In this document: one piece after another, positions 28,226 to 38,049 of the stretch
Layout: the number at the start of each line of letters is the position of its first letter
Numbering within the stretch: position 1 is the first letter of the stretch
NCBI GenBank assembly: GCA_035536395.1
Contig: DATLOE010000006.1
Span: 6,899 to 70,898, forward strand
DNA: 64,000 bases
Direction: 5' to 3'
From: Candidatus Dormiibacterota bacterium
Lineage (GTDB): Bacteria; Patescibacteriota; Saccharimonadia; UBA4664; DATLOE01
Program-made: the position numbers and the translations under genes
Notes under the pieces: generated by a model
Seen by the model: only the letters and a program-made list of their open reading frames with translations
What the model was told of the DNA's origin: nothing
Database searches by the model: none

Positions 28226-28550
28226 GCGCAAGGTCAGTCAGTTTACCAAGGATGTTTATGATTTAGTTGCCAGAATACCGAAAGGCCGGCTAATGACTTA
28301 TGGCCAAGTGGCGGCTCTGTGCGGTCACCCCAGGGCCGCTATTATCGTGGGGCAGGTGGCGCATTGGGGGCCGCTTGAGCTGCCGTGGCAGAGGGTGGTG
28401 AACCGTTATGGCGGTTTGGCTTCGGGCTACACTACAGGGGGCCGTGAGGCTCACAAGCGTGATCTGGAAGCAGAAGGGGTGAAGATAAGTGAAGAGTATA
28501 GGGTGATAAAGTTTGAAGATCTGATTTGGTGGCCCGATGAGCAAAACTGA
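28218..28550 (+). CDS. Alkyltransferase-like (ATL/MGMT family) protein
   Basis: IPKGRLMTYGQVA; PWQRVV has Trp in place of the catalytic Cys. Confidence 0.9.
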   Translation: MAERKVSQFTKDVYDLVARIPKGRLMTYGQVAALCGHPRAAIIVGQVAHWGPLELPWQRVVNRYGGLASGYTTGGREAHKRDLEAEGVKISEEYRVIKFEDLIWWPDEQN

Positions 28551-29427
28551 ACGAGATGCCAGGCTGATAGCGGTTGTTGGCCCCACAGCTAGTGGAAAAA
28601 CAGACTTAGCGTTGCAGATTGCACAACGATATAGGGGCGAAATTATAGCTGCCGACTCTCGTACGATATATAAAGGTATGGATATCGGTACGGCTAAGCC
28701 TACTGCCGCTCAGCAGGCCCGTATTAAGCACCATTGCCTGGATTTAATTACACCCGATCGTAACTTCAGCGCGGCGGAGTTCAAGGCTCACGCGCTGGAT
28801 GCCATTTGCGACATTCGCGCACGAGGCAAGTTGCCGATTTTGGTGGGAGGTACCGGATTGTACACCTATGCTGTTCTATATGACTACCAGTTTCCGGCCG
28901 GGGCTAGTAACGAGCTTAGAATGCAGCTAGAAAAAATGCCGATTACTGAGCTAGTTGCTCAAATAAAACAACTAGACCCGGAGCGGGCGGCCGAAATCGA
29001 CCTTAATAATCCGCGCCGGGTCATTAGGGCTATCGAAACAGCGGGTAAGCCGCGAACCAGTCGCCCGAAGCTGCCGCCGAACTGGCTACTGGTTGGCCTG
29101 AACCCCGGCCAGCAAGCTATTGAGAGCAATATCATCAGACGTACCAGCGCCATGTTTAAGGCCGGTTTGACGGATGAAGTTAAAGCCTTGGTATCTCATT
29201 ACGGCCCTGACTGCGAACCTCTAAATACTGTGGGCTACAGAGAGATAATCGATAACCTTACGGGTAAAACCACGCTTGCCGAGGCTGAGGAACTGATTAT
29301 GGTTCATACCCGCCAGTTGATGAAGAGGCAGATGACTTGGTTCAAGCGCAGTCCAGACATTATGTGGGCGCAATCGGCCGAAGAGGCCCTAAGAGTCGCG
29401 CAGAAGTTTATGACTAAAGCGGTATAA
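28537..29427 (+). CDS. miaA: tRNA dimethylallyltransferase
   Basis: GPTASGKT, DSRTIYKGMDIGTAKP, VGGTGLY, KRQMTW. Confidence 0.96.
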   Translation: MSKTERDARLIAVVGPTASGKTDLALQIAQRYRGEIIAADSRTIYKGMDIGTAKPTAAQQARIKHHCLDLITPDRNFSAAEFKAHALDAICDIRARGKLPILVGGTGLYTYAVLYDYQFPAGASNELRMQLEKMPITELVAQIKQLDPERAAEIDLNNPRRVIRAIETAGKPRTSRPKLPPNWLLVGLNPGQQAIESNIIRRTSAMFKAGLTDEVKALVSHYGPDCEPLNTVGYREIIDNLTGKTTLAEAEELIMVHTRQLMKRQMTWFKRSPDIMWAQSAEEALRVAQKFMTKAV

Positions 29428-29434
29428 TGTATCT

Positions 29435-30805
29435 ATGCCTGTGTATATAACGATACTGATTACCAAAACCATCTTGCGCCTAAGTCGTGCGCTAGGCCGA
29501 GGTGGCGGTTCGGCTCTGCCGGGACTGGTGGCGCTTAAATTAAACCCGAATATAGGCGCCAAAATAGCCGCTACCATAAAGAGCGGTAGCGTGATTATAA
29601 CCGGTACGAACGGTAAGACCACTACTAGTAAAATGCTGGTAACCGCTATCCAAAAGGAAGGCTACACAATCGTTGCTAACCGTGCCGGTTCAAACCTGGC
29701 CAGGGGTATAGTTTCGACTCTAATCGAACACTGCGACATGAATGGGCGGATCAGCGAAGACGTCGGTGTGTTCGAGGTCGATGAAGCGGCTATGCCCGAG
29801 GTCTGCAGGATGCTCCAACCGAAATTAATTACGGTTTTGAATCTCTTTCGTGATCAGCTCGATAGATACGGTGAGCTGGATTCTACCGCCACGCTTATCG
29901 GGCAGGCTATAGCCGCTACCGATGCCGCCGTGCTTCTGAATGCCGACGACCCTTTGGTTTCCGGTCTAAAGAAAATGCTTAAATCGCAGCCGGTTTACTA
30001 CTTTGGTCTCAGCGGCGTTCCTGTAAAAAAGATGGCTCACGATGTAACGGCTGATTCTATTAACTGCCCACTTTGCGGGAGGGCTCTGAAGTTCAGCCGA
30101 ATATTCTTTGGCCACATCGGCCATTACGCTTGCAGCCGGGGGCACTTTAACCGTCCCAAGCCGGAGTTTGTGGTAAGTGCCATTAAACTAGCCGGCAGCC
30201 ACTCTAAATTCAAAATGTCACTAGCCGGTGACTGGGGGGGTGATGCGTCTCTTAACCTGCCGGGCGTTTACAATATATATAATGCTGCTGCTGTGTTTGG
30301 CCTAGGGTATATTTTAGGTTTGGAGCCCCCTAATATGGTTCATGCTCTAAAAGGGGTTAGTGCGGCTTTCGGCCGAGTGGAATCTCTGGTAGTTGATGGT
30401 AAAAAGATTTATCTGCTTTTAATTAAGAACCCAACCGGGTTCAATCAAATCATCCAAACCTTCTTACTAGGGAAAAAGAGTCAGCCGCTTTTAATTGCGG
30501 TCAATGACAAGTTTGCCGATGGGCGGGACGTTTCCTGGCTGTGGGATGTAGCTTTTGAGGAGTTTAAACCGTTGAATCACTCAATTACCGCCTCAGGCAT
30601 AAGGGCGAGCGATCTAGCTCTGAGACTTAAATACGCCGGTATCGGTTTGCAGAGCACAGAGCCGAATCTAAAGAAGGCTTTAAATAATTTCATAGGTAGC
30701 CTGAAACCGGGCCAGGCTGGCTACATAGTTCCAACTTATACGGCAATGCTTGAGCTAAGGAAGATATTAGGCAAGAAAACCGACATTAAGGGGATATGGG
30801 AATGA
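29435..30805 (+). CDS. murT: Lipid II isoglutaminyl synthase subunit MurT
   Basis: GTNGKTTT, FRDQLDRYGE, KNPTG, DGRDVSWLWD. Confidence 0.93.
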   Translation: MPVYITILITKTILRLSRALGRGGGSALPGLVALKLNPNIGAKIAATIKSGSVIITGTNGKTTTSKMLVTAIQKEGYTIVANRAGSNLARGIVSTLIEHCDMNGRISEDVGVFEVDEAAMPEVCRMLQPKLITVLNLFRDQLDRYGELDSTATLIGQAIAATDAAVLLNADDPLVSGLKKMLKSQPVYYFGLSGVPVKKMAHDVTADSINCPLCGRALKFSRIFFGHIGHYACSRGHFNRPKPEFVVSAIKLAGSHSKFKMSLAGDWGGDASLNLPGVYNIYNAAAVFGLGYILGLEPPNMVHALKGVSAAFGRVESLVVDGKKIYLLLIKNPTGFNQIIQTFLLGKKSQPLLIAVNDKFADGRDVSWLWDVAFEEFKPLNHSITASGIRASDLALRLKYAGIGLQSTEPNLKKALNNFIGSLKPGQAGYIVPTYTAMLELRKILGKKTDIKGIWE

Positions 30806-31521
30806 ATAAAACTGTTACCATTCTGCACCTTTACCCCGATGAGATGAATATTTACGGTGATAGAGGTAATGTACTAACCTTGGTGCGAAGGCTCGAGTGG
30901 AGGGGGTTTAAGCCGGTTGTTCTTGGGAGGGGTATCGGTGAAACCAAGGGGATCGATCAGGCCGACATCATCTTCGCCGGCGGCGGCCAGGACAAAGGCC
31001 AAATCGCAGTCGGCCAGGATCTGCTACGCTCCGCCGGAAGACTGCATCGGGCTGCCGAAAAGGGTATACCCATGCTCACTGTCTGCGGCACTTATCAGCT
31101 ATTTGGCAAAGGCTTTAAGACAGCTGAGGGAGAGGAGATCCCCGGCATTGAGATCTTTGGAGCTACGACAACCGGCTCTAGCCATCGGATGATCGGTAAT
31201 ATTGTGATTCAAACTGAGTGGGGTCAACTGGTCGGGTTCGAAAACCATAGCGGCAAGACTGTACTAGAGGCGCACCAGTCGCCGCTCGGCAAGATTATTA
31301 AGGGTTATGGCAATGATGGCCGCAGCGGCTATGAGGGGGCGAGATTTAATAATGTACTGGGGACTTATCTGCATGGTCCGATTTTACCTAAAAACCCCGT
31401 ACTGGCAGACTTCCTAATTAAGACGGCTCTTACAAATAGGTATGGAGTTAGTGAGCTTGCGCCATTAGATGATGCGGCTGAACTCCAAGCTGCTATGACC
31501 GCCGCCAAGCGGCCCAAGTAG
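30796..31521 (+). CDS. gatD: Glutamine amidotransferase GatD
   Basis: YGDRGN, GGGQD, CGTYQL, GFENH, YLHGP; follows murT. Confidence 0.93.
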   Translation: MGMNKTVTILHLYPDEMNIYGDRGNVLTLVRRLEWRGFKPVVLGRGIGETKGIDQADIIFAGGGQDKGQIAVGQDLLRSAGRLHRAAEKGIPMLTVCGTYQLFGKGFKTAEGEEIPGIEIFGATTTGSSHRMIGNIVIQTEWGQLVGFENHSGKTVLEAHQSPLGKIIKGYGNDGRSGYEGARFNNVLGTYLHGPILPKNPVLADFLIKTALTNRYGVSELAPLDDAAELQAAMTAAKRPK

Positions 31522-31559
31522 TTGCCAAATAAGCATAAGCCGTATATGCTAGCCGTAAT

Positions 31560-32900
31560 ATGGCTGCTGAGGGAAAATCTCGTTTTACGCGCAAAGGGCT
31601 CGTACTGCAGGTAAAGCAGTCGCGCTTTGGGCGGTTCTGGAGAATCTTAGGCCCTGGTCTAATCACAGGAGCAGCCGACGATGATCCTTCCGGTATAGCC
31701 ACCTATTCGCAGGCAGGCGCCCAGTTCGGCTATACTACCGCCTGGCTGATGCCGCTAACCCTGCCATTGATGACGGCTGTACAGGAGGCCTGTGCTCGTA
31801 TCGGTGCTGTCACAGGCAAAGGCTTAGCTGCAGTTATTAGGCTGCATTATGGCCGCAAGGTTCTTTATCCTGTTGTGCTACTAGTGGTAGTGGCTAATAC
31901 CATTAATATCGGAGCGAATATCGGTGCCATGGCAGCCGCTACAAGGCTAATAGTCCCAACTGTTTCGTTTACCGCGCTGGCTTTGCTATTCGCATTGGTT
32001 GTCATATTTTTCGAGTTGTTTGTATCTTATAGAACCCTAGCTAAATCACTCAAATGGTTGGCAATAACTCTTCTTGCATACCCATTAACAGCATTTATAG
32101 TGCAAATACCCTGGGATGATGTAATAAAAGCAACATTAATTCCCCGCATTGAATTCAGTATAGATTATTTATTCATTTTTGTAGCGGTGCTGGGTACAAC
32201 CATATCTCCTTATTTGTTTTTTTGGCAGACCTCGGAGGTGGTAGAAGAAGAAATCGCTAGCCACCGGCTTGCCCAGAAGGGTGGAGTTCCTAGGCTAAGC
32301 GCTAAATTTCTCAGAAACCTCAAAACCGATAATGTAATCGGGATGGTTTTCTCTAATGTGACAGCCTTTTTTATCATTTTGACAGGAGCTGCCGTATTGC
32401 ATGCCAATGGCATCACTCAAATAAACAGTGCGGCCGATGCGGCTCGTGCACTGGAGCCTTTAGTGCAGGGCTTCCCTAACGCCGGCTTGATCTCCAAGGG
32501 TATATTCGCTGTCGGCATCATCGGCTTGGGCTTGCTTGCTGTGCCCGTTCTGGCAGGCTCATCATCCTACGCCTTAAGCGAAGCTTTGGGCTGGCAAGAG
32601 GGCTTGTTTAGAAAGCTCAGGCAAGCGAAGGGATTTTACACTATCATTGCCCTAGGCACCCTACTTGGTTTGACGATGAATTTAATCGGAATCGACCCTA
32701 TTAAAGCGTTGGTGTTTACAGCCGTCTTTAATGGCCTAGCGGCGGTCCCCTTGGTGTTCTTAATTGCTAGGCTTAGCCAATCATCAGATGTTGTCGGAGT
32801 ATACACCGGGGGCCTTCTCTCTAGGATTGTACTAGCAATAACTTTCATTATTATGTCGCTGGCTGCCTCCGCCTTATTGGTGTCATTTGTATTGAGCTAA
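31560..32900 (+). CDS. NRAMP-family divalent metal transporter
   Basis: GPGLITGAADDDPSG and GTTISPY motifs. Confidence 0.9.
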   Translation: MAAEGKSRFTRKGLVLQVKQSRFGRFWRILGPGLITGAADDDPSGIATYSQAGAQFGYTTAWLMPLTLPLMTAVQEACARIGAVTGKGLAAVIRLHYGRKVLYPVVLLVVVANTINIGANIGAMAAATRLIVPTVSFTALALLFALVVIFFELFVSYRTLAKSLKWLAITLLAYPLTAFIVQIPWDDVIKATLIPRIEFSIDYLFIFVAVLGTTISPYLFFWQTSEVVEEEIASHRLAQKGGVPRLSAKFLRNLKTDNVIGMVFSNVTAFFIILTGAAVLHANGITQINSAADAARALEPLVQGFPNAGLISKGIFAVGIIGLGLLAVPVLAGSSSYALSEALGWQEGLFRKLRQAKGFYTIIALGTLLGLTMNLIGIDPIKALVFTAVFNGLAAVPLVFLIARLSQSSDVVGVYTGGLLSRIVLAITFIIMSLAASALLVSFVLS

Positions 32901-33002
32901 CTTTGAGTTCTTATTCTCGGCCGTCCGAACTTTGAACACAAAAGGTGTTGCGGTATAAATCCTTCTGCTATAATTAAGTGCGATTTCATATTTTAATTTT
33001 TA

Positions 33003-33698
33003 GTGAGGCAGGAGAAATATTTGTTCGATCAACTATTTGGTTCAAAAACCCGAGTAAAATTATTAAGCTTATTTCTTAATAACCCAGACCGTCCTTACTA
33101 CGTACGGGAGATTACCCGTAAAGTAGATGAGCAGATTAATTCGGTCAGGCGTGAGCTTTCCAACCTGCTGGCAATCGGCATCGTGCGTTCTGACAGCACT
33201 AATAATCGGCTTTACTACGAAGTTAATAAGAAGTATCAGTTTTACGCGCCGCTTAGAGCCATATTCACTAATATTTCACTTGATGAACCGCAGCTAAAAG
33301 AGACGAGGGAAGATGACGAGCTGGCTAAAAAGCTGCGCTCGAGCGGTAATGTGGAATTGGCCTTCTTAACTGGCACTTTTGTACGAGACCACAAGGCCAG
33401 TACCGATATATTTATTATGGGTGATGTAAACCGCAGCCGAGTGAATAAGGTAGTGCAGGAGGTAGAGAAAGAATTGAATAAAGAAATCAATTTCACCATC
33501 ATGACTCCGGAAGATTTTGAGTACCGTCTGAGCTTAAATGATAGGTTTTTAACCGGAATCCTAGAGTCAAAGAAAATCATATTGGTTGACGAGACTAAGG
33601 CCGACATCAGGCCGGTTGCTGCCAGGCTTAAGGAAGATCCAGTAGATATTCCAGTGGCTGAGGATACAGGTTCGCAAAAAGAAGAAAGTAAGGAGTAG
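33003..33698 (+). CDS. Winged-helix regulator fused to a nucleotidyltransferase-like domain
   Basis: LFGSKTRVKLL...YVREITR...NSVRREL wHTH, then GTF...TDIFIMG NTase-like segment. Confidence 0.75.
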   Translation: MRQEKYLFDQLFGSKTRVKLLSLFLNNPDRPYYVREITRKVDEQINSVRRELSNLLAIGIVRSDSTNNRLYYEVNKKYQFYAPLRAIFTNISLDEPQLKETREDDELAKKLRSSGNVELAFLTGTFVRDHKASTDIFIMGDVNRSRVNKVVQEVEKELNKEINFTIMTPEDFEYRLSLNDRFLTGILESKKIILVDETKADIRPVAARLKEDPVDIPVAEDTGSQKEESKE

Positions 33699-33702
33699 GG
33701 CA

Positions 33703-34317
33703 GTGGAGGTAACCTATTTTGGCATGAACTGCGTACGGCTGACAGGCAAGGGTGTCAGTATTATTTGTGACCCTTATGCTGATTTGTCTGCCGCTAAGGG
33801 ATCGTTCGATGTGATTTTGCTTTCTCAGGACGAAGGAGTGACTGCTCCCCCTGGCCCGGGAATGATCATTGACGGGCCTGGTGAATATGAGGTTAAGAAC
33901 TGCCTAATTACTGGTGTGCCGGCTACCTTACATACTGAAGAAGAGGGGAATAATTCGACCATTTATTCTATTTTGATTGACGGCGTAAGGGTTCTGCATC
34001 TTGGCAATATCTCCCCTAAGCTGGCCGACAGCCAGATTGAAGCCATTGGCGAAGTAGATGTTTTGACTATACCGGTAGGAGGTCACGGCTTAACCCTGGA
34101 TGCCACCGCAGCCGCAGAGATTATAAGCCAGCTGGAGCCAAAGTATATTATTCCCACTCACTATGATGATGGTAAAACCAAGTATTCCGTAGCCCAGGAT
34201 AAGCTAGAGGTTTTCTTAAAGGAAATTGGAGCCCACCCTGAGCCAGTCGGCAAGTTAAAAGTAGTTGCCAAGGACCTGCCACTGGAAACCACCACTATAA
34301 TTCTAGAAAAGGCATAA
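33703..34317 (+). CDS. MBL-fold metallo-hydrolase
   Basis: DPY, GPGEYEV, HLG, PVGG, IPTHY motifs. Confidence 0.82.
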   Translation: MEVTYFGMNCVRLTGKGVSIICDPYADLSAAKGSFDVILLSQDEGVTAPPGPGMIIDGPGEYEVKNCLITGVPATLHTEEEGNNSTIYSILIDGVRVLHLGNISPKLADSQIEAIGEVDVLTIPVGGHGLTLDATAAAEIISQLEPKYIIPTHYDDGKTKYSVAQDKLEVFLKEIGAHPEPVGKLKVVAKDLPLETTTIILEKA

Positions 34318-34353
34318 TCAACCTGAATTAAAAAACCGCCCCTTTGGGCGGGT

Positions 34354-34587
34354 TTAGGTTTTGGCTGGCGATTTAGCAGCCTCAGTCTTGGTGGCTTCCT
34401 TGCGCTTGTATTTTTCAAGCGTGCGCATACACTGGGTACACATTTTAACCCTGACGCGGTTTTCGCCGAGGGTAATGTACTTACGCTGTAAGTTTGGCTT
34501 CCAGACTTTGTTGGTCTTTTTTAGGGAAAAGGGAACATTATGACCGAACTGTTTGCCTTTGCCGCAGATTTCACAACTATATGCCAT
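34354..34587 (-). CDS. rpmB: 50S ribosomal protein L28
   Basis: CEICGK...GHNV...WKPNLQ...CTQC. Confidence 0.95.
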   Translation of the reverse strand: MAYSCEICGKGKQFGHNVPFSLKKTNKVWKPNLQRKYITLGENRVRVKMCTQCMRTLEKYKRKEATKTEAAKSPAKT

Positions 34588-34666
34588 TTGACTCTTATAT
34601 TAGAACCACACAATCATACCCAATACACATTGCTAAGTCAAACCTTATTAATGATACAATCGTGTT

Positions 34667-35308
34667 ATGTTTCCAGACCCAATATCACTTATATATATCA
34701 TTCTCGCCTTAATATTGGCTTTAACCCTGCATGAGTTCGCCCACGCCTGGACGAGTGATTACCTTGGAGATTCAACCGCCCGCTCTCAGGGCAGACTGAC
34801 ATTAAACCCAAAGGCACATATTGATCCGTTTATGACACTGCTCCTACCTCTCGCTTTGATTATTGCCGGCTCCCCGGTAATATTCGGGGCAGCTAAGCCT
34901 GTACCGTTTAACCCCTGGGCAGTCAGGTACGGCAAGTGGGGGGCGGCGCTGGTGGCTTTTGCCGGACCATTAACCAACCTGCTACTAGCCATATTTTTTG
35001 CGGCTTGGCTGGCATTTGTACCAATCGTCCAAGAACTCATACCCTTATTTATTATGATGATTTCAGTGAATGTCGCTTTCTTTGTGTTTAATATGATACC
35101 CATCCCGCCTCTAGACGGCTCTAGGATCCTATATGCGGTTGCACCCAGCGGGCTCAGAAGGGTAATGGATAGCCTGGAGCAGAGCGGGCTCATTATTATA
35201 TTCTTACTACTGCTAGTGGCCAGCCCGGTTATTATGCCCTTAATTAGCGGCGTGGTAGGAGCGATTATGCAGATTTTAGTACCTGGCTTGACTGGTTTAA
35301 CAGGTTAA
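34667..35308 (+). CDS. Site-2 protease (M50 family)
   Basis: HEFAH, AGPLTN, NMIPIPPLDG motifs. Confidence 0.93.
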   Translation: MFPDPISLIYIILALILALTLHEFAHAWTSDYLGDSTARSQGRLTLNPKAHIDPFMTLLLPLALIIAGSPVIFGAAKPVPFNPWAVRYGKWGAALVAFAGPLTNLLLAIFFAAWLAFVPIVQELIPLFIMMISVNVAFFVFNMIPIPPLDGSRILYAVAPSGLRRVMDSLEQSGLIIIFLLLLVASPVIMPLISGVVGAIMQILVPGLTGLTG

Positions 35309-35327
35309 ACTGGGCTACAATAAATAC

Positions 35328-35476
35328 AGCTTGTGCATCCTTGGCGGCGCTAAGTATTTTTTCTCAAGCTTTTTGAATGGGAGCTCAAGATTGTCTGACG
35401 GTGCGCCGTTATGACTGAGGGCACCCACCTGCGATATTGCGGGAAAAAGGCAAAGCGCTGCCATGATGCATGGGTT
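35328..35476 (+). ncRNA. ssrS: Probable 6S RNA
   Basis: TACAAT -10 box just upstream; ends pair (AGCTTGTGCATCCTTGGCGGCGCT / AGCGCTGCCATGATGCATGGGTT); central bubble; apical stem with GGGAGC...GAGGGCACCCACCTG as in Firmicute-type 6S RNAs. Confidence 0.6.
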
Positions 35477-35525
35477 TAAGAGCAGCTTTGATCTCGACAC
35501 GTATAAGTGAAACCAGTTTGGAGAA

Positions 35526-35601
35526 CGGGGTGTGGCGCAGTTGGCAGCGCGTACGGCTGGGGGCCGTGAGGTCGCAGGTTCAAGTCCTGTCACCCCGACC
35601 A
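35526..35601 (+). tRNA. tRNA-Pro(GGG)
   Basis: Cloverleaf, TACGG-CTGGGGG-CCGTG, ends ACCA. Confidence 0.93.
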
Positions 35602-35661
35602 ATTCGAAAGTCACACTTTGTTAGTTTACAATCTAGTATTAAATTAAAGTATAATATCCAT

Positions 35662-36093
35662 ATGCCCGCATTAATAAATTCGGTTGGTCCTCAGCCTGAA
35701 CTAATTATTCATACAGACGGTGGCTCCAGGGGCAACCCAGGCCCATCAGCTATAGGTGTAGTGATTTTTACACCAGATAAAGAGCACCTCGAGTCATTTG
35801 GGGAGTACATTGGGACAACCACTAACAATCAGGCAGAATATAAGGCGGTAATTGCCGGCTTAAAGGCCGCGAACAAATATAATGCTCAAAAGATCACTTT
35901 TAATATTGACAGTGAGCTAGTGGTAAGGCAATTAAATGGCCGTTACAGGGTCAAGAATCCTGAGCTAAAGCCGTTATTTGAGCAAGTGCATAGTCTAATT
36001 AAGGGTGTGGATGTCTCATTCCACCATGTGACAAGAGAAAATAACCAGTTAGCTGACATTGAGGTTAATAAAGCGCTGGATCAAGCTAGATAG
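35662..36093 (+). CDS. rnhA: Ribonuclease HI
   Basis: TDGGSRGNPG, TNNQAEY, DSELVVRQ, N..AD motifs; start moved to ATG downstream of the tRNA. Confidence 0.92.
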   Translation: MPALINSVGPQPELIIHTDGGSRGNPGPSAIGVVIFTPDKEHLESFGEYIGTTTNNQAEYKAVIAGLKAANKYNAQKITFNIDSELVVRQLNGRYRVKNPELKPLFEQVHSLIKGVDVSFHHVTRENNQLADIEVNKALDQAR

Positions 36094-36128
36094 CTTGAAA
36101 AAACAGCTTTTTTCAGGTATATTTGTTT

Positions 36129-36533
36129 GGCTAGATTGCCAGATGGCCGCCCGTAAATTACGGGAGGAAAGTCCGGACAGCATAGAGCAATGACGGTTGC
36201 TAACGGCAACCGGGAGTAAGTTCGAGCATTATTTCTCTCGAGAAAATGATACTTGAGCCAAGCCTAGGGAAAGTGCCACAGAAACGATACCGCCCAGCTT
36301 GCTGGGTAAGGGTGAAAAGAGTGGGGCAAGAGCCCACAACTTCGGTTGGTGACAACCGAAGGAGGTAAACCCCGTCTGCTGCAAGGCTGCCAGCCATACG
36401 CGATTGCTCGTCGCGGCTGGCGTGAGTGCCGCTTGAGCCGATCAGCAATGCTCGGCCCAGATAGATGGTCATCCAACCCGGTCCGCCAGTTGGTGGAGCG
36501 GGGGACAGAATCCGGCTTATAAGCAATCTAGCC
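36129..36533 (+). ncRNA. rnpB: RNase P RNA (type A-like)
   Basis: GAGGAAAGTCCGG, GGAAAGTGCCACAGAAA, GGTAAACCCC, ACAGAATCCGGCTTA; terminal P1 pairing GGCTAGATTGC/GCAATCTAGCC. Confidence 0.96.
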
Positions 36534-36591
36534 AGAAAGCCTCTAGGGGCTTTCTGTTTTTTGAATAGTTAAGCTAAAATAAACCATACCT

Positions 36592-38049
36592 ATGCGTAAA
36601 CGCAGTGAGCTATTTTTTAATCTCTTTCTTTTGCCCATCGACTTTGCTGCGATGCTGGCAGCCTTTGTCGTAGCCTATGCCATACGCGTAAAGATCGATG
36701 CCAGGCCTGTAGCTTACCCCCTGGGAATTGAATTCTTTCTGCAGATTTTTCTGCTGATAATACCAGTTATTATCCTCATATTCGCTCTAACCGGTCTTTA
36801 CAACCTATCTAGTATTAGAGGCCGCTTGCAGGAAGCCGGTAAGATATTCGTAGCCGTTTCAGGGGGTCTGATGTTCATGATAATGGTGGATTTCTTTAGT
36901 ATCTCGCCAATATTCCCCTCCAAGTCTATTCCGTTCTATGCTTATGGCATAAGTCTGGTTACAGTAACACTGGGCCGTCAAATTGTAAGGAGCCTGCAAC
37001 GAGCGCTGTTCCGCCGCGGAATTGGTACTTACCGGGTAGTGGTTGTAGGCAGCGGCCCGATTGCTGCAAATGTAGTGAACGGGCTTAAAGACACCAGGAC
37101 CTCCGGCTACCAAATAGTCGGAGCGATTGATAGCGCAAAAGGCTCCCAGAAGCGTATGGGCAAGATAAGAGTCGACCGTAATCTAACTAATCTTGTTAAC
37201 CGCCTGGGTGGTGTGGAATTTGATGAAATAATTCAGGCTGACTCTTCTCTGGCCCAAGAAGAAATACTCGAGCTCGTAACATTTGCTAGCAATCACCACC
37301 TGACTTATAGGTTCGTCCCAAACCAGCTGGGGATTTATGCTACCCACTCGACTATCAGCACAATGGCTGGGATGCCAATGGTGGAAATCAAGCGTACTCC
37401 GCTCGATGGCTGGGGAAGGATTGTAAAAAGAGCTTTTGATTTAACTGCTTCAGGACTGGCTTTAATAATTTTGACCCCTCTTTTTACTGTAATTGGCCTT
37501 ATTATTAAGCTAATTGATCCCGGGCCGGTGTTTTATAAGCACAAACGTCTGAGTCGGGAAGGCAAGTATATAAATGTATATAAATTCAGAACAATGAAAG
37601 CCAAATACTGCACAGGGCCTGGCTTTACCGGCAAGTCTGATGCCGAGGTTTTTGCTGATTTAGGTAAACCAGAGCTGACCCAGGAATTCGATAAACAGCA
37701 GAAGCTGAAAGATGATCCTCGTGTTAGCCCAGTTGGTAGATTCTTACGCCGAACCAGTTTGGATGAACTTGCACAGCTATTCAACGTTGTAAAAGGCGAT
37801 TTAAGTTTGGTTGGCCCCCGCCCTATAGTTCAGGCCGAATTAGATAGATATGGCACGCAGCAGTCCAAGCTGCTGTCCCTGCGCCCTGGTGTTACCGGTT
37901 GGTGGCAGATCTCTGGACGAAGCGACATAGATTACGATGAACGGGTTAAGCTGGATATGTATTATGTCGAGAACTGGAGCTTCTGGCTGGATATAAAGAT
38001 CATTTTAAGAACAGTTGTGGTCCTAATAGCAGGCCGAGGAGCTTATTGA
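36592..38049 (+). CDS. Polyprenyl-phosphate sugar phosphotransferase (WcaJ/CpsE-like)
   Basis: KRAFD, YKFRTM, DDPRV, SLDELAQ, SLVGPRP, PGVTGWWQ. Confidence 0.93.
   Translation: MRKRSELFFNLFLLPIDFAAMLAAFVVAYAIRVKIDARPVAYPLGIEFFLQIFLLIIPVIILIFALTGLYNLSSIRGRLQEAGKIFVAVSGGLMFMIMVDFFSISPIFPSKSIPFYAYGISLVTVTLGRQIVRSLQRALFRRGIGTYRVVVVGSGPIAANVVNGLKDTRTSGYQIVGAIDSAKGSQKRMGKIRVDRNLTNLVNRLGGVEFDEIIQADSSLAQEEILELVTFASNHHLTYRFVPNQLGIYATHSTISTMAGMPMVEIKRTPLDGWGRIVKRAFDLTASGLALIILTPLFTVIGLIIKLIDPGPVFYKHKRLSREGKYINVYKFRTMKAKYCTGPGFTGKSDAEVFADLGKPELTQEFDKQQKLKDDPRVSPVGRFLRRTSLDELAQLFNVVKGDLSLVGPRPIVQAELDRYGTQQSKLLSLRPGVTGWWQISGRSDIDYDERVKLDMYYVENWSFWLDIKIILRTVVVLIAGRGAY

Noticed and set aside
35315-35661. 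ORFs 35315-35614(-) and the 5' extension of rnhA from 35470
   Set aside because: They overlap tRNA-Pro and the probable 6S RNA; spurious frames.
36200-36526. Minus-strand ORFs of 108 and 70 aa
   Set aside because: Antisense to RNase P RNA.
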